DNA of 64,000 bases from NCBI GenBank assembly GCA_030390025.1, contig CM059432.1, positions 82,152,001-82,216,000 of the forward strand. The letters are read 5' to 3'. The notes below the pieces were generated by a model. The model saw only the letters and a program-made list of their open reading frames with translations, ran no database searches and was not told the DNA's origin. The position numbers and the translations under genes were made by a program. This document shows, one piece after another, positions 1 to 11,074 of this stretch (positions are counted from its first letter, which is position 1; the number at the start of each line of letters is the position of its first letter). Source of the stretch: Squalus acanthias (lineage: Eukaryota).

Positions 1-3000
1 TCAGGTACTGGCCTCACACTTCTGGAAGTTGGTTTGAGTCAAGCCCAGACTGATAGGATGAAAGTTCCCTCTCTTTGCTGCTTGTAAGGATCCTACATGA
101 AATGAGTTTGGGCAGTCTCAATATAGTTCCTAGTATGCACGACCCCACACCACAAAGCTGCTCCTAATTTTGCATTAAGTTCGCAATCTGATTCAGGGAG
201 GCTACAGGATGGCTACTATTGCAAATGGAAAAATGGTGCAACAGGAGGTGGTCTTCTGAAGTCAGGATGGAGGCACATTCTTGGGGCAGAGTTGAGGGAG
301 GTTCACTCTGCACCTATAAGTGCTCTGTCTACCTTAGTGTGCATGATGCTGGCATTGGATGCCCTTAAAGGAAAGTTCAATTCCTCAGCTGATAGCACAA
401 AAAAATTCACAAAACAAGGTTAAATTCAGTGAAGCCTTGAAAACTGAGCCCAGTTCCATTCCCTTATTCTTCAATATGTTAGCCTGTAGGTCTGATTATA
501 CTCAGCAGAAGTGGCGGGTTTAACTTTGGCAGGAGTATTCTGCGGCCAGACAAGGAAACCTCGGCCTTCCCCTGCCCCAGGTATCCCTCCCCTGACTGCA
601 ATCAACTACCGCCCTCCACCCCCCCGACTTACGTGACTGCCAAGGACTTGATCCCTGTGGCAGTCTCCTGCCCTGCTCATCCCAGGAGTTAAAACGGCCA
701 AGGCTCATGTCACCGAGCTGGGGCGAGCCCAGCACTCACTCCACCAGCCCTAAGCTCACCCCATGTTAAGGTGCTTTATGTGCAATTCTTTCATTCTTCC
801 TTTCTCCTTCCTTGAATGTCCCAGGTTGAGTTCCTGGTCTATTGCTGACATAGTTAATGTCAGCAATAGAAATACTACAAATGCCTTTGTGTCCATTTTT
901 TGATTCCACCTCTCTGAAGTACTTTGGGATGTTTTTATGTGTAAAAGGCACTATATTAGTGCAAGTTGTTGTTGTCGTTGGAGTCGTTGTCTTTAGCATC
1001 CCTGGCCCAGGGAGGGGAAAAGGCAGCCGGACTTCTGCTCCTAATCACTATTCAGTGGCTTTTGCTTGACAGTGCATTGGTGAGAACAAGGTCAGCTGGG
1101 ATCCCTTCCACGGTCAACAGCTTGCTGATACCCACGGTCTAGGGTGACACATGAAGAATTGCCACTTGGGTGAATTGCCATAGCGCAGCCCTCACCTCAT
1201 GATTCATACCCCAATAGAACCAGCGTCTTTAGGAGAGTTAAAGTGATAAGTAGGAAAAAATAAAAATGTCCTATCCTCTCAAACGCAAGAAGAATTCTGT
1301 CTTTAGTGCTCAGTCAGTACTCAAAACACTGAATTGGAGCAACAAAATGAAACATCATTCATTGCAACCAGACTCCCACATGATAGCCTTGCTGCCATCT
1401 CCTTTATTTTGGCAGATGCCATGTTTCTCATCCAGTTGCTGCCAGAACCAAATGTGTTTTTGAATATTCTAATCTGATGATTACTCCTAGGAAAGGAAAA
1501 TAAACCAGATAGATTAACATCAGCAGTATCTCAGAACCGACCAACAAGGAAACTTTAAATCACAGTCCCTTGTACATTCCCTGTGTAGGCCTGGTTTAAA
1601 AGTCTTCCCATTGGTGCAGCATCACTTGTTTTATAGCATTATTAGATTTGATAATTTTTCCCTGTCATAACAGATAAAGAACATGCACAGCCTAGGGCAC
1701 TGAATCAAGCTGCTTTCTAATCTGTTTGTGATTGGGATTACAGTGATTGGCATTACAGTGATTGGCCATTGGGAGGTCAGTTGAATGTTTAGAAAATGAC
1801 CTAAAGCCAAATGATACGTCAGGATAAATTTTGTGAGGCTCATCACCACCAGCAGAGCTTTGCACACAGCCATCGCACATCGTCAAATCGCAGGCGTGCT
1901 GCTTGTGATGTTCCAATGTGTTGGCTGTGTGTGAGGCCTTACGAGGGCTGCAGGGCCTTGCAGAATTTACTGTATCATCTGCTTCAGAAAAATCAAGATA
2001 TCATCAGTTTTCATTTTCACTGTGAATCACATTTTAAAACCTGGGAATGTCTTGATTACTTGATTTTCCTTGCCATGTTCTATTTAGGGATGATCTTCCT
2101 CTGCTTAGGTCTGGAGCATGCTCATTTCCTGGGTGCAAAGAAGAGAATAAAGAGGCAGAGACCCATTACAGTGTGGTGATGTGGTGAAAGAATGCCAAAC
2201 ACTGATAGTCCTGTAATGTTTTCCATGACTATATATCTGCAAACATTTCACTTTGAAAAGGCACAATATTGACATCTTGTCTAGTCTTGGTGGAATGTCC
2301 ACTGGTGCAAATGTCATGGAGAAACAAAAAGCTCCAAAGAAAACTGGAGGGTAGCTTCTAAATTCCATACATATCTGTGGCATAATCCTATCCTCCTTTC
2401 TCAACACAAGAGGTACATTTCAATAACTAATTACATGATTTTTTAAAGGGAAGTTGTCATTTTAAAATGGTAATTTAATGAAAATATCAAAGTACTTGAA
2501 ATGGTTGAGCAATGTGATTAAAAGCACTTAAATAAACATTTGTGTAATACTTTAAACACTTTGAAGAGGATGTCACACCCAACAAAAAGTCAGAAAAGCT
2601 TGGTCACTTATATCAGCTGTATATTTTAAGATTAAATCACTAGTGCTTGTCTATGGATCTTTTTCTCAAATCGAGTGGTCAGCTAGGGTCAGACGTCAGG
2701 AGAGGGTGGGATGGTTTGCTGGTACACCGATATACATGGAATTGGCCTGATTAAGATCTGTCAGGGTGATGTGTGGCCCTGTAACTTTGATTTAATGCCA
2801 ATATGAAGAAATTATTCACATTCTCAGTCATTTTAGTTTGTACAACAAAAGGGAGCTCTGCTTTATGACAGTGGACCATAAAGAGGAATTATTTGGAGCT
2901 TTCAAATACAGAGAAGCATAGATGATCTTTACATTTCTTGTGTTTTCTAAAATGGTTAAAGAATTTGCCGCTGCCCTTCAAATAAAATATGTAAAGTAGG

Positions 3001-4626
3001 ACTTGGCCTTGAAGCAAAAATCTTAAGGGGATGATTATGATTTCAATCTGCATCCTTCTAAAATCATCTGGCAATTTGAATTTGTGGATTTTAAAAATGT
3101 CAGTATCTGGCTGTGAATTCAATGAACCACAAATAAAAGGATTGAAGGAATAGAAAAGGAACCTCTGAGTGGGCAGGCAGTGCAGAGATGTGGCATGTAA
3201 TTTGAGATTAACTATACTCCCTGCCCTTCCCCACGCATCCCACTCACACGTATCTTTATTATTTAATGAAATATATTGTTTGAGGCTGTATCCCACTTCT
3301 CACAGATTTGTTGCGAGAAGTGTTATTTAGTGTGGTGCCTCAGACATGCCACATAGAGAGCTGAGGTTATTAATTGTGGAATTTTAATGTGTGAGTGTTC
3401 AGTTGACAACATTATCCCAAGTTTCCCAAAAGGCTCAAACTACATTTTAATACCCTTCCAGATTCCATTGGAATGTGAAAGCAGTCAAAAAAAATGCACT
3501 TCCATGGTTACCAATACCATTCCATACAAATATTAACAATAACGTACTGGGACATTGCATTGCCTGTCAACCTGTTATTAATGAAAGGACAGGGGTTACG
3601 CCTCAGGAGGGACTTCTTATCACGCCACACAGATAAGGAACGCTGCAACCCAAAAGTGACTTCAGAATTTAATAAACCATCAGCACACCCTCATAGTCAG
3701 AGCAGCAGCCTTCCCCAAGCTGAGCTGCAGTCGAAAGCCTTTGCCATGGCATTGACAGGCCTATGCACACAGTTTAGACTCAAAAGACTGGTCCTATTAA
3801 TCTGCTTTACATAAAAGGCCTATGAAGGTGTCAGGTGGGTCTCTTTTCAGCCTGTTGCAGGTGACCCCAAGAATTCCAAGCATCTATGTAGCAAACTGTT
3901 CCTAGGTTTCACAATACAGTTTGAGGGGTTCCTTTGTCTGAAGTATTTTGCTGTGTGACTGGTTGGGTTAAGAGTTCATTAGCTTGACAAAGATGGAGAT
4001 AGAGCGAGGGCAAGAAGGAGGTTTTCTTTTATGGATTGAGTGAATAGCTGGTTTCTATAGCAAAAACCATTTAACGTCTGCTATGAGAAGGTGCCCTGTC
4101 TTAGCAAAATATTAGAAAGAGCCTGTGAAAACCTAACCACCCAGTCCACAGAGGTACAATAATATTGACTTTGTCAGCGAGGGCATCAGATTTCCTTGGT
4201 GAAAGGTTTTTAAATGTGCATTGGATAATGTGATCATTAAATTATAATTATTATTGCAGCACGCCCAAAATGTAATATAAAGCTGAACTGTTCTGCTGTG
4301 CTGTGGTGATACTACAGTGACTGAACTGCTACAAATATTATTAATTATCCATTAGCAATTATTATTGTCGGACTTTGTAATATACGCATGTTCCACTACA
4401 AATCTCCTCCCTCCATATCCTTATTTGTTGTCACTAGGCTTATTTAGCATGTTGGTACCAGTACACAATATAGGAAAATCACACTTTGGCCAATACACTT
4501 TAATGCTGTGCCATTAGCCTTCACCATCACTAGTGAGAGCCCTGTAACCAGTGAGAAACATGTAACCGCACAATGCTCTTACAAAATTCATCCCAAGTTT
4601 GAAGGCAAAAGCTCTAATTCTACTGC

Positions 4627-4677
4627 ATCACCCCTGTGCTCACTGACCTACACTGGCTCCCTGTCCGGCAATACCTC
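4627..4677 (+). mobile_element. L2-type LINE 3' fragment, left part (split by a Harbinger insertion)
   Basis: Translates ITPVLTDLHWLPVRQYL. After removing the Harbinger and one TSD copy, it continues at 10260 as DFQLLILVFKSLHGLAPPYL, the typical L2 ORF2 C-terminal motif. Confidence 0.8.
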
Positions 4678-5005
4678 GGGCCGAGTTTTTTACCTTGGAG
4701 ACGCGCTGGCAGCGGGGGCGGGGGTGGGGGGCCATGGATCGCGTCGGGAACCCTGAAGTTGGAGAGTGCATTTTGCAGTGGCTTTTTAACGAAGCCACTG
4801 TAATTGAATCAGACTTCCAGGTTTCCCGACTAATTAACCGGCGCGGGCGTGATGACGTCACGTATGACTCGAGTTGAGCTGAGCTATTTAAAGGAGCACT
4901 GCACAGATGGCAGTTGAAGGCTGGTGGAGATGGAAGACAGGTTGTCGGAGTGGATATAGTGAGTTGGTTCTTTGGGAAATAATTGATATTGCTCTAAACT
5001 GAAAA

Positions 5006-6751
5006 ATGCAGGCTCAAAGACAGAAAGCTGCCCCAAGATTTAGTGATGCCTCCTTGGAAATCCCACTTCAAGGAGTCAGGGCCCGCAGGGACATCCTGTT
5101 CCCTGATAATGGGAGGAAGAGGCCAGCTGGCCAGACACAGAATGCATGGCTGGAGATCGCTGAAAAAGTGAGCAGCAGGAGTGTTGTTGGCAGGACCTGG
5201 ACACAGTGTCATGAGGTCAGGAAAGGTGAGTACAATGCCACATTGCCCTACATCCTGATGTGCGTGCCACCCTAACCCCCTCACTCTGCCTTTCCAAGCC
5301 TACTTCTGCACATCACTCCTCACACCAGCCTGCCTTGAAAGTGCTCCCATCCCTCACTGTCTATGTGCTTACTCACATCTCAATCTGACCATCCACCACT
5401 GACACTCACCCTCATCTTAATGCAATGCAATGCCTCATGGTCACCATCTATAGATGTTGCCCATCCATCCCTTTCACTCATTCCATGACTCTCACTCTTG
5501 TTCCCTTCCTTGCAGGAGAAGAGAGTACACAGGAGAGGCAGTGAACCGGTGGTGGCCCCCCAGTCATGGCACCGTTCACTTCATCAGAGGAGGAGGCACT
5601 GGAGCTGAGCCGCGTTGCGGAGCTGTTGGCGGTCGGAGATGGAGAGAGGGGAGCTCCCAGCTACCTGGTGACAGAATTAAATATCATATAGCCACATGGC
5701 ACACAAATCACTCATGTTGACTTGATGTCAGCAGCCAGTGAAATATGATCATGTGCATAATTGTAACTTAAATTCATGTCTTTACTCTCTCACAGGCCCA
5801 TCAAGTGTCCCCCCCCACTGTCCAGACAGAGGAGGAAGACGACTCCTCAGAGGAGGTCACGAACTCTGAGGGTGCACCATCACACGACCCATGCACACCA
5901 AGCACCAGCACAGATACACACACGTTGGTGGGTCCACTAAGTCAGAAAGTAGTGTTGTCACCTGGTGTCTCACACATCACATGTGAGCAAGAGCAGATGG
6001 TGGAGACAGGGACAGCAGTGCAGAGTCCTCATCAGAGGGCGCAGGATGCTCCAAGCAGTGTTCAGCTGGACGAAGATGCTGAACCCCAGGGGGCCATCAA
6101 CAAAGCAGATGATTCTTGAGGAGTAGCAGAAAATGCGGGAGGCTCTGGCAGCTTTTCCAGCCGCGATGTGCTCGATTGTAGGGAGAATAGAGGAGTACAT
6201 CTCCAGCATGACTGGCATGATGTCGCAGGCCATGGCAATGATGTGTTCGTCCATGGAAAGGGTAGCCATCTGCATGAAGCATCAAGCGCAGCATTCAAAC
6301 AAGTGCATGCTTGCTGTGAACAACAACTTGCACACTCTGAATGCCACCTTAACAAGGATGAATAGAAACCTAGACTTGGCCGTTTATCGCCCCACTGATG
6401 TGCAGCAAAGTGCTCTCCAGCTCCTTGCTAGCAGGAAAGTGCAGGTGGCCCATGAGAGGGGACATGGAAGTGGGGGCTCTGCTCAAAGCACTCCTACTTC
6501 TCCCCGTTGCCACCCCCTCAGTCAGAGCCCCACATGCTACCTCGTGTCCCGATGGCCGAGTCTGCCCCTGCACAGGTTCAGGTGGAGCAGTCTTGCTGGG
6601 GCCCTCACAGGCTCCAAAACCCAGTGGACGTCTGCCAAAAGTATCTAAACAGTCAGAGCAGGGAAGTGAGCAGCCTGCCTCTACCTCTGCTGAAGCCACA
6701 GGGGTTCCATGGCATAGGAGTTATAAGAAGAGGAAGATTAAAGAATTGTAG
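5006..6751 (+). pseudogene. Harbinger Myb/SANT-like DNA-binding protein gene, spliced and frameshifted
   Basis: MQAQRQKAAPRFSDASLE...WLEIAEKVSSRSVVGRTWTQC is a Myb/SANT-like trihelix N-terminus. Probable exons are 5006-5225 (gtgag donor), 5516-5667 and 5796-~6751, ending in a basic KKRKIKEL tail. Contains stops and frameshifts. Confidence 0.8.
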
Positions 6752-7217
6752 ATGCACAAGTGTATGCACATGGGTGTGTTATAAAATGTTAGATCGTTAA
6801 GTTTCTGTTTACTTTTTGAGCCACATAAAATTATTTCTTTGCACCACTTTCCCATCTTGTCCATTTTTGCCTGCTGCCTGGCAAGTGTCTTGTTAGTTGG
6901 AGTGAATGGTAAGACATTACTTAACCTCGAGCAATGGGTGTGTGTGACAGGAATGGTTTGGTCATATTAGGACTGCTTTGTGGTGTGGGTGGGGGGAAGT
7001 TGTTTCAGCATCTGGGTGCCATGTGGGTGCACTGGTGCAACGTAACTAAATCGAGCCATCATGAGGCCATCCCGGGCCTCCTGGGCAGCAATGTGCACTG
7101 CTGCTGGTGCCATGTCCACTTCAGGTTCTTATGCGGAGATGCCGGTGTTGGACTGGGGTGGACAAAAATGAGAAGTCGCACAACACCAGGTTATAGTCCA
7201 ACAGATTTATTTAAAAT

Positions 7218-7253
7218 TACAAGCTTTCGGAGCTGTTGCCCCTTCGTCAGGTA
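7218..7253 (-). ncRNA. Minimal type I hammerhead ribozyme motif in the Penelope terminal repeat
   Basis: Minus strand reads UAC-CUGACGA-A-GGGGC-AACA-GCUCC-GAAA-GCUU-GUA. It has the CUGANGA and GAAA cores, a 5-bp helix II, a palindromic AAGCUU helix III and a 3-bp helix I. AATAAA follows directly. Confidence 0.75.
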
Positions 7254-7498
7254 GAGTTACAATGAGGAAATCTACAATATTTCACAGTATATAAACACCG
7301 AAAGTAATTTGTCTGCAGAGATACAATCTTTCATGGAGGCCTTACATCAAAGGCACACCAGAGTACAGCCAAGACAATGAGATGGGTTACAGGGGATCCA
7401 ACGTGTCAAATCCTGCTGTCTGCAGTTGAGCTTTTAACTTTTTTTTTGGTGTGTGTGTTTTTCTTTTAAAAACTGGAAAGACAGACAACGATGTCGAG

Positions 7499-8647
7499 TC
7501 ACGTTCTGTAGCGTGACATGAACCCCATATCCCTATTGAGGCCGTCCTCATGGGTGCGGAACTTGGCTATCAGTTTCTGCTCGATGATTTTGCATTGTCG
7601 TGTGTCTCGAAGGCCGCCCTGGAGAACGCTAACCCGCAGATCCGAGGCTGAATGTCCTTGACTGCTGAAGTGTTCCCCGACTGGGAGGTAACAATCCTGC
7701 CTGGCGATTGTTGCGTGGTGCCCGTTCATACGTTGTCTCAGTGTCTGCATGGTCTCGCCGATGTACCATGCTCTGGGGCATCCTTTCCTGCAACGTATCA
7801 GGTAGACAACGTTGGCCGAGTCACATGAGTATGTACCATGTACCTGGTGGGTAGAGTCCTCACGTGTGATGATGGTATCTGTGTTGATGATCTGGCATGT
7901 CTTGCAGAGGTTGCCGTGGCAGGGTTGTGTGGTGTCGTGGTCGCTGTTCTCCTGACAGCTGTGTAGTTTGCTGCGAACGATGGTACTTCTGAGGTTAGGC
8001 GGCTGCCTGAAGGCGAGTAGTGGAGGCGTGGGGATGGCCTTAGCAAGGTGTTCGTCGTCATCGATGACATGTTGAAGGCTGCGAAGAACATGGCGTAGTT
8101 TCTCCGCTCCGGGGAAGTACTGGACGACGTAGGGTACTCTGTTGGTTGTGTCCCGTGTTCGCCTTCTGAGGAGGTCTATGCTGTTTTTCGCTGTGGCCCG
8201 TCGGAACTGTCGATCGACGAGTCGAGCATCATATCCCGTTCTTACGAGAGCGTCTTTCAGTGTCCGTAGGTGTCCATCGTGTTCCTCCTCATCTGAGCAG
8301 ATCCTGTGTATTCGCAGGGCTTGTCCATAGGGGATGGCTTCTTTAACATGGTTAGGGTGGAAGCTGGAGAAGTGGAGCATCGTGAGGTTGTCCGTGGGCT
8401 TGCGGTAGAGTGAAGTGCTGAGGCGTCCGTCTTTGATGGAGATTCGTGTGTCCAAGAATGAAACCGATTCTGAGGAGTAGTCCATGGTGAGTTTGATGGT
8501 GGGATGGAACCTGTTGATGTTATCGTGTAGTCCTTTCAGTGATCCTTCGCCGTGGGTCCAAAGGAAGAAGATGTCGTCGATGTATCTGGTGTACAGCGTT
8601 GGTTGGAGGTCCTGTGTAGCAAAGAAGTCTTGCTCGAACTTGTGCAT
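7499..8647 (-). CDS. Penelope ORF C-terminal part: RT (YIDD), thumb, Cys/His linker and GIY-YIG endonuclease; 382 open codons
   Basis: MHKFEQDF...YTRYIDDIF...FLDTRI...LYRKPTD...CHGNLCKTC...NVVYLIRC...WYIGETMQTLRQRMNGH...EQKLI...GLN. No stops or frameshifts. The N-terminal RT half is missing. Confidence 0.9.
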   Translation of the reverse strand: MHKFEQDFFATQDLQPTLYTRYIDDIFFLWTHGEGSLKGLHDNINRFHPTIKLTMDYSSESVSFLDTRISIKDGRLSTSLYRKPTDNLTMLHFSSFHPNHVKEAIPYGQALRIHRICSDEEEHDGHLRTLKDALVRTGYDARLVDRQFRRATAKNSIDLLRRRTRDTTNRVPYVVQYFPGAEKLRHVLRSLQHVIDDDEHLAKAIPTPPLLAFRQPPNLRSTIVRSKLHSCQENSDHDTTQPCHGNLCKTCQIINTDTIITREDSTHQVHGTYSCDSANVVYLIRCRKGCPRAWYIGETMQTLRQRMNGHHATIARQDCYLPVGEHFSSQGHSASDLRVSVLQGGLRDTRQCKIIEQKLIAKFRTHEDGLNRDMGFMSRYRT

Positions 8648-10259
8648 TTCAGGTTCCACCTCCTCCTCGTGTTCCTCCTCTTCCTCCTCCTCCTCCAAAG
8701 AGGCTCTGCACCTTGCTCCTCCAGCAGCTCCAATCCTCAGTGCTGTGCTATGTTGTGCAGATCATTCTGGAGACCCCGGCTAGTGCGTATTGAAGGGCTC
8801 CTCCAGATCTGTCCAGGCATCTGAAGCGCATCTTCAGCATCCTTATTACTTGCTCTATTACACATCTCATCGTCATTTGGCTTTGATTGTAACGTTCTTC
8901 AGCCTCATTGCTTGGCCTCCTCAAGGGTGTCATCAGTCTTCAGCGGCTAGCCCTTGTCTCCAAGCAGCCAGCCGGCAAGTGTGTGCGAATAGCTGAGGGA
9001 GGGTGGACTGGCACAGCACGAAAGAGTCATGGCAACTGCCAGGGAATCTGGCACACACATGCATGATGATCTTTTTGTGGTTGCAGATGAGCTGCACATT
9101 GAGGGAGTGGAAGTCCTTACGGTTCACAAACACTCCTGGGTGATGAGGGGGTGCCTTGATGGCCCCATGTGTGCAGTCGATGACGCCCTGCACCTGTGGG
9201 AAGTCAGCCAGAGCGGCAAAGCCGAACGCCCACTCAGTCACACTGGCTTCATCAGTGGCAAAGTGTACGTAAAGTGCCTGACTTGTCAAACATGGCATCA
9301 GTCACCTGGGTGCTGCATTTGTGGTCGGTCGATTGCGAGATCCCACAAATATCCATGCAGATCCCTGGAAGGAGTCTGAGCAAAGAAGTTTAAGGCGGTG
9401 GTTACTTTGACAGCCACTGGTAACGCGTTTCCACCAGGTCCTCAGGGCAGCAGGTCTTCTTCCAGCAGGCTACAAATGTCTGTCACAACCTGATGCGATA
9501 GCCTGAGCCTCCTGAGGTATTGGTGTTCAGTCATGTCCAGGAAGCTGATCCTCTGCTTACATACCCTGTGTTGGGGGTATCGCCTCCTGCGAGCTCCACC
9601 ACTGTGCTCGTCCCCTCTCTCCTGTGGAACGCCATGTTGGTGAGGAGAAGGCCGCTGCTGCTCCTGCTGGTGTTGTTGCTGCTGTTGCTCATCTTTGTCC
9701 TCATCTGAGGTCCAAGGTGAAACAGCATAAGCGGCACCCATGCTGATCTGATATATGACAGAAGTAAAGTGGAGTTCAGCGGCACAATCCTCCAATGTAG
9801 TGAGAGTTACTTTCAATGTAGTGAAAGTGACTCCCAAAGTTGCACAAATCACCTGCAAACTCCTGAAAGCAAACTTTCAGCACAAGTGGTTTCAGCAAAA
9901 GCCTTTCCCTTAGGCAAGGAAGCAGGTGTGAGGTGTGAGTATTTATGTGATTTTTTTTTAAATGTCATTTGTTCAGCTCCCACAATTGCCACTGTGCTCT
10001 GACCTTACTTTCACTGGCGAGGTTCAGCAAGCCCGTGAATCCTGCGGACAGCCAATAAAAGCTGCTACAACAGGTCATAAAGGCTGTTAATAGCCTCTTA
10101 ACTATCTCTAAATTACTTTAATTAGGTAACCCGCCTCTCCCTCGAGGGGGTCTCTCGCGCGCTGCCTAACGCGCCCAAGTTAAAGGTGGTAGCTGGCGGG
10201 TTGAACTGCCCACCCACTCGCAAGCCCACACACTCTTTAAAGTAAAAATTCAGCCCCTC

Positions 10260-10630
10260 GATTTTCAACTTCTCATCCTTGTGTTCAAATCCCTCCATGG
10301 CCTTGCCCCTCCCTATCTCTGTAACACCCTACAACCCTCCGAGATCTCTGCGCTCCATCAATTCTGCCTCTTGTGCATCCCCAATTTTCATCACTCCCAT
10401 CATTAGCGGCTATGCTTTCAGCTACCTAGGCCCTAAGCTCTGGAATTCCTTAACTAACCCTCTCCACCTTTCTACCTCTCTCTCCTTTAAGTCGCTCTTT
10501 AAAACCTACCGCTTTGACCAAATTTTCGGTCACTTGTCCTAATCACTCTTTATGTGGCTCGGTGTCAAACTTTGACGGATAACGCACCTGGGAAACACCA
10601 TGGGACATTTTGCCTATATTAAAGCCGCTA
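10260..10630 (+). mobile_element. L2-type LINE 3' fragment, right part and 3' tail
   Basis: Contains DFQLLILVFKSLHGLAPPYL, AFSYLGPKLWNSL and FKSLFKTY. The tail taaagccgcta resumes as tataaatacaagtt at ~11075, after a SINE. Confidence 0.8.
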
Positions 10631-10655
10631 CAACAGGTCATAAAGGCTGTTAATA

Positions 10656-11074
10656 GCAACACGGTGGCATAGTGGTTAGCACTGGTGCCTCACAGCGCCA
10701 GGGACCCGGGTTCGAATCTGGCCTCGGGTGACTGTCTGTGTGGAGTTTGCACATTCTCCCCGTGTCTGCGTGGGTTTCCTCCGGGTGCTCCGGTTTCCTC
10801 CCACAGTCCAAAAATGTGCGGGTTAGGTTGATTTGGCTATGATAAATTGACCCTTAGTGTTAGGGGGGGATTAAATATGTGGGGTTACGGGGATAGGATG
10901 GGATATGTTAGGGGGAATTAAATACGTGGGGTTACGGGGATAGGGTGGGATATGTGTCGGTGCAGGCTCGATGGGGATTTGGATGATCAGCCATGATCGT
11001 ATTGAATGGTGGAGCAGGCTCGACGGGCCGAATGGCCTACTCCTGCTCCTAGTTTCTATGTTTCTATGTTTCTA
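10656..11074 (+). mobile_element. tRNA-derived V-SINE (HE1-like, shark/ray type)
   Basis: A box TGGCATAGTGG, B box GGTTCGAATC, V-domain GGGTTTCCTCCGGGTGCTCCGGTTTCCTCCCAC. CR1-type tail ending in (TTTCTATG)n. Confidence 0.9.

Larger units (their letters stand above)
7129..8647 (-). mobile_element. Penelope-like retroelement (GIY-YIG type), 5'-truncated
   Basis: Flanked by a 9-bp duplication TTCAGGTTC (7120-7128, 8648-8656). Contains an RT/GIY-YIG ORF and a 3' region nearly identical to the copy at 58756-59440. CpG-rich, suggesting a young insertion. Confidence 0.93.
7042..9741 (-). pseudogene. Harbinger (HARBI1-like) DDE transposase pseudogene, interrupted by a Penelope element
   Basis: Starts MGAAYAVSPWTSDED with a polyQ tract. 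Motifs [58 protein letters not shown] are split over frames. The C-terminus HIAAQEARDGLMMARFS resumes at 7119-7045, beyond the Penelope insertion. Confidence 0.9.
4678..10256. mobile_element. PIF/Harbinger DNA transposon, two-gene type, decayed
   Basis: TIRs GGGCCGAGTTTTTTAC (left) and GTAAAAATTCAGCCC (right). TSD CTC at 4675-4677 and 10257-10259. Convergent Myb/SANT-like gene (+) and DDE transposase (-). Confidence 0.92.

Noticed and set aside
6133..6800. Independent host gene in the overlapping + strand ORFs
   Set aside because: These lie inside the Harbinger TIRs and are best read as frameshifted pieces of the last exon of the Myb-like gene.
10656..10735. tRNA gene
   Set aside because: The A and B boxes run straight into a V-domain and LINE-type tail, and a second copy exists at 45200. 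It is a SINE head.
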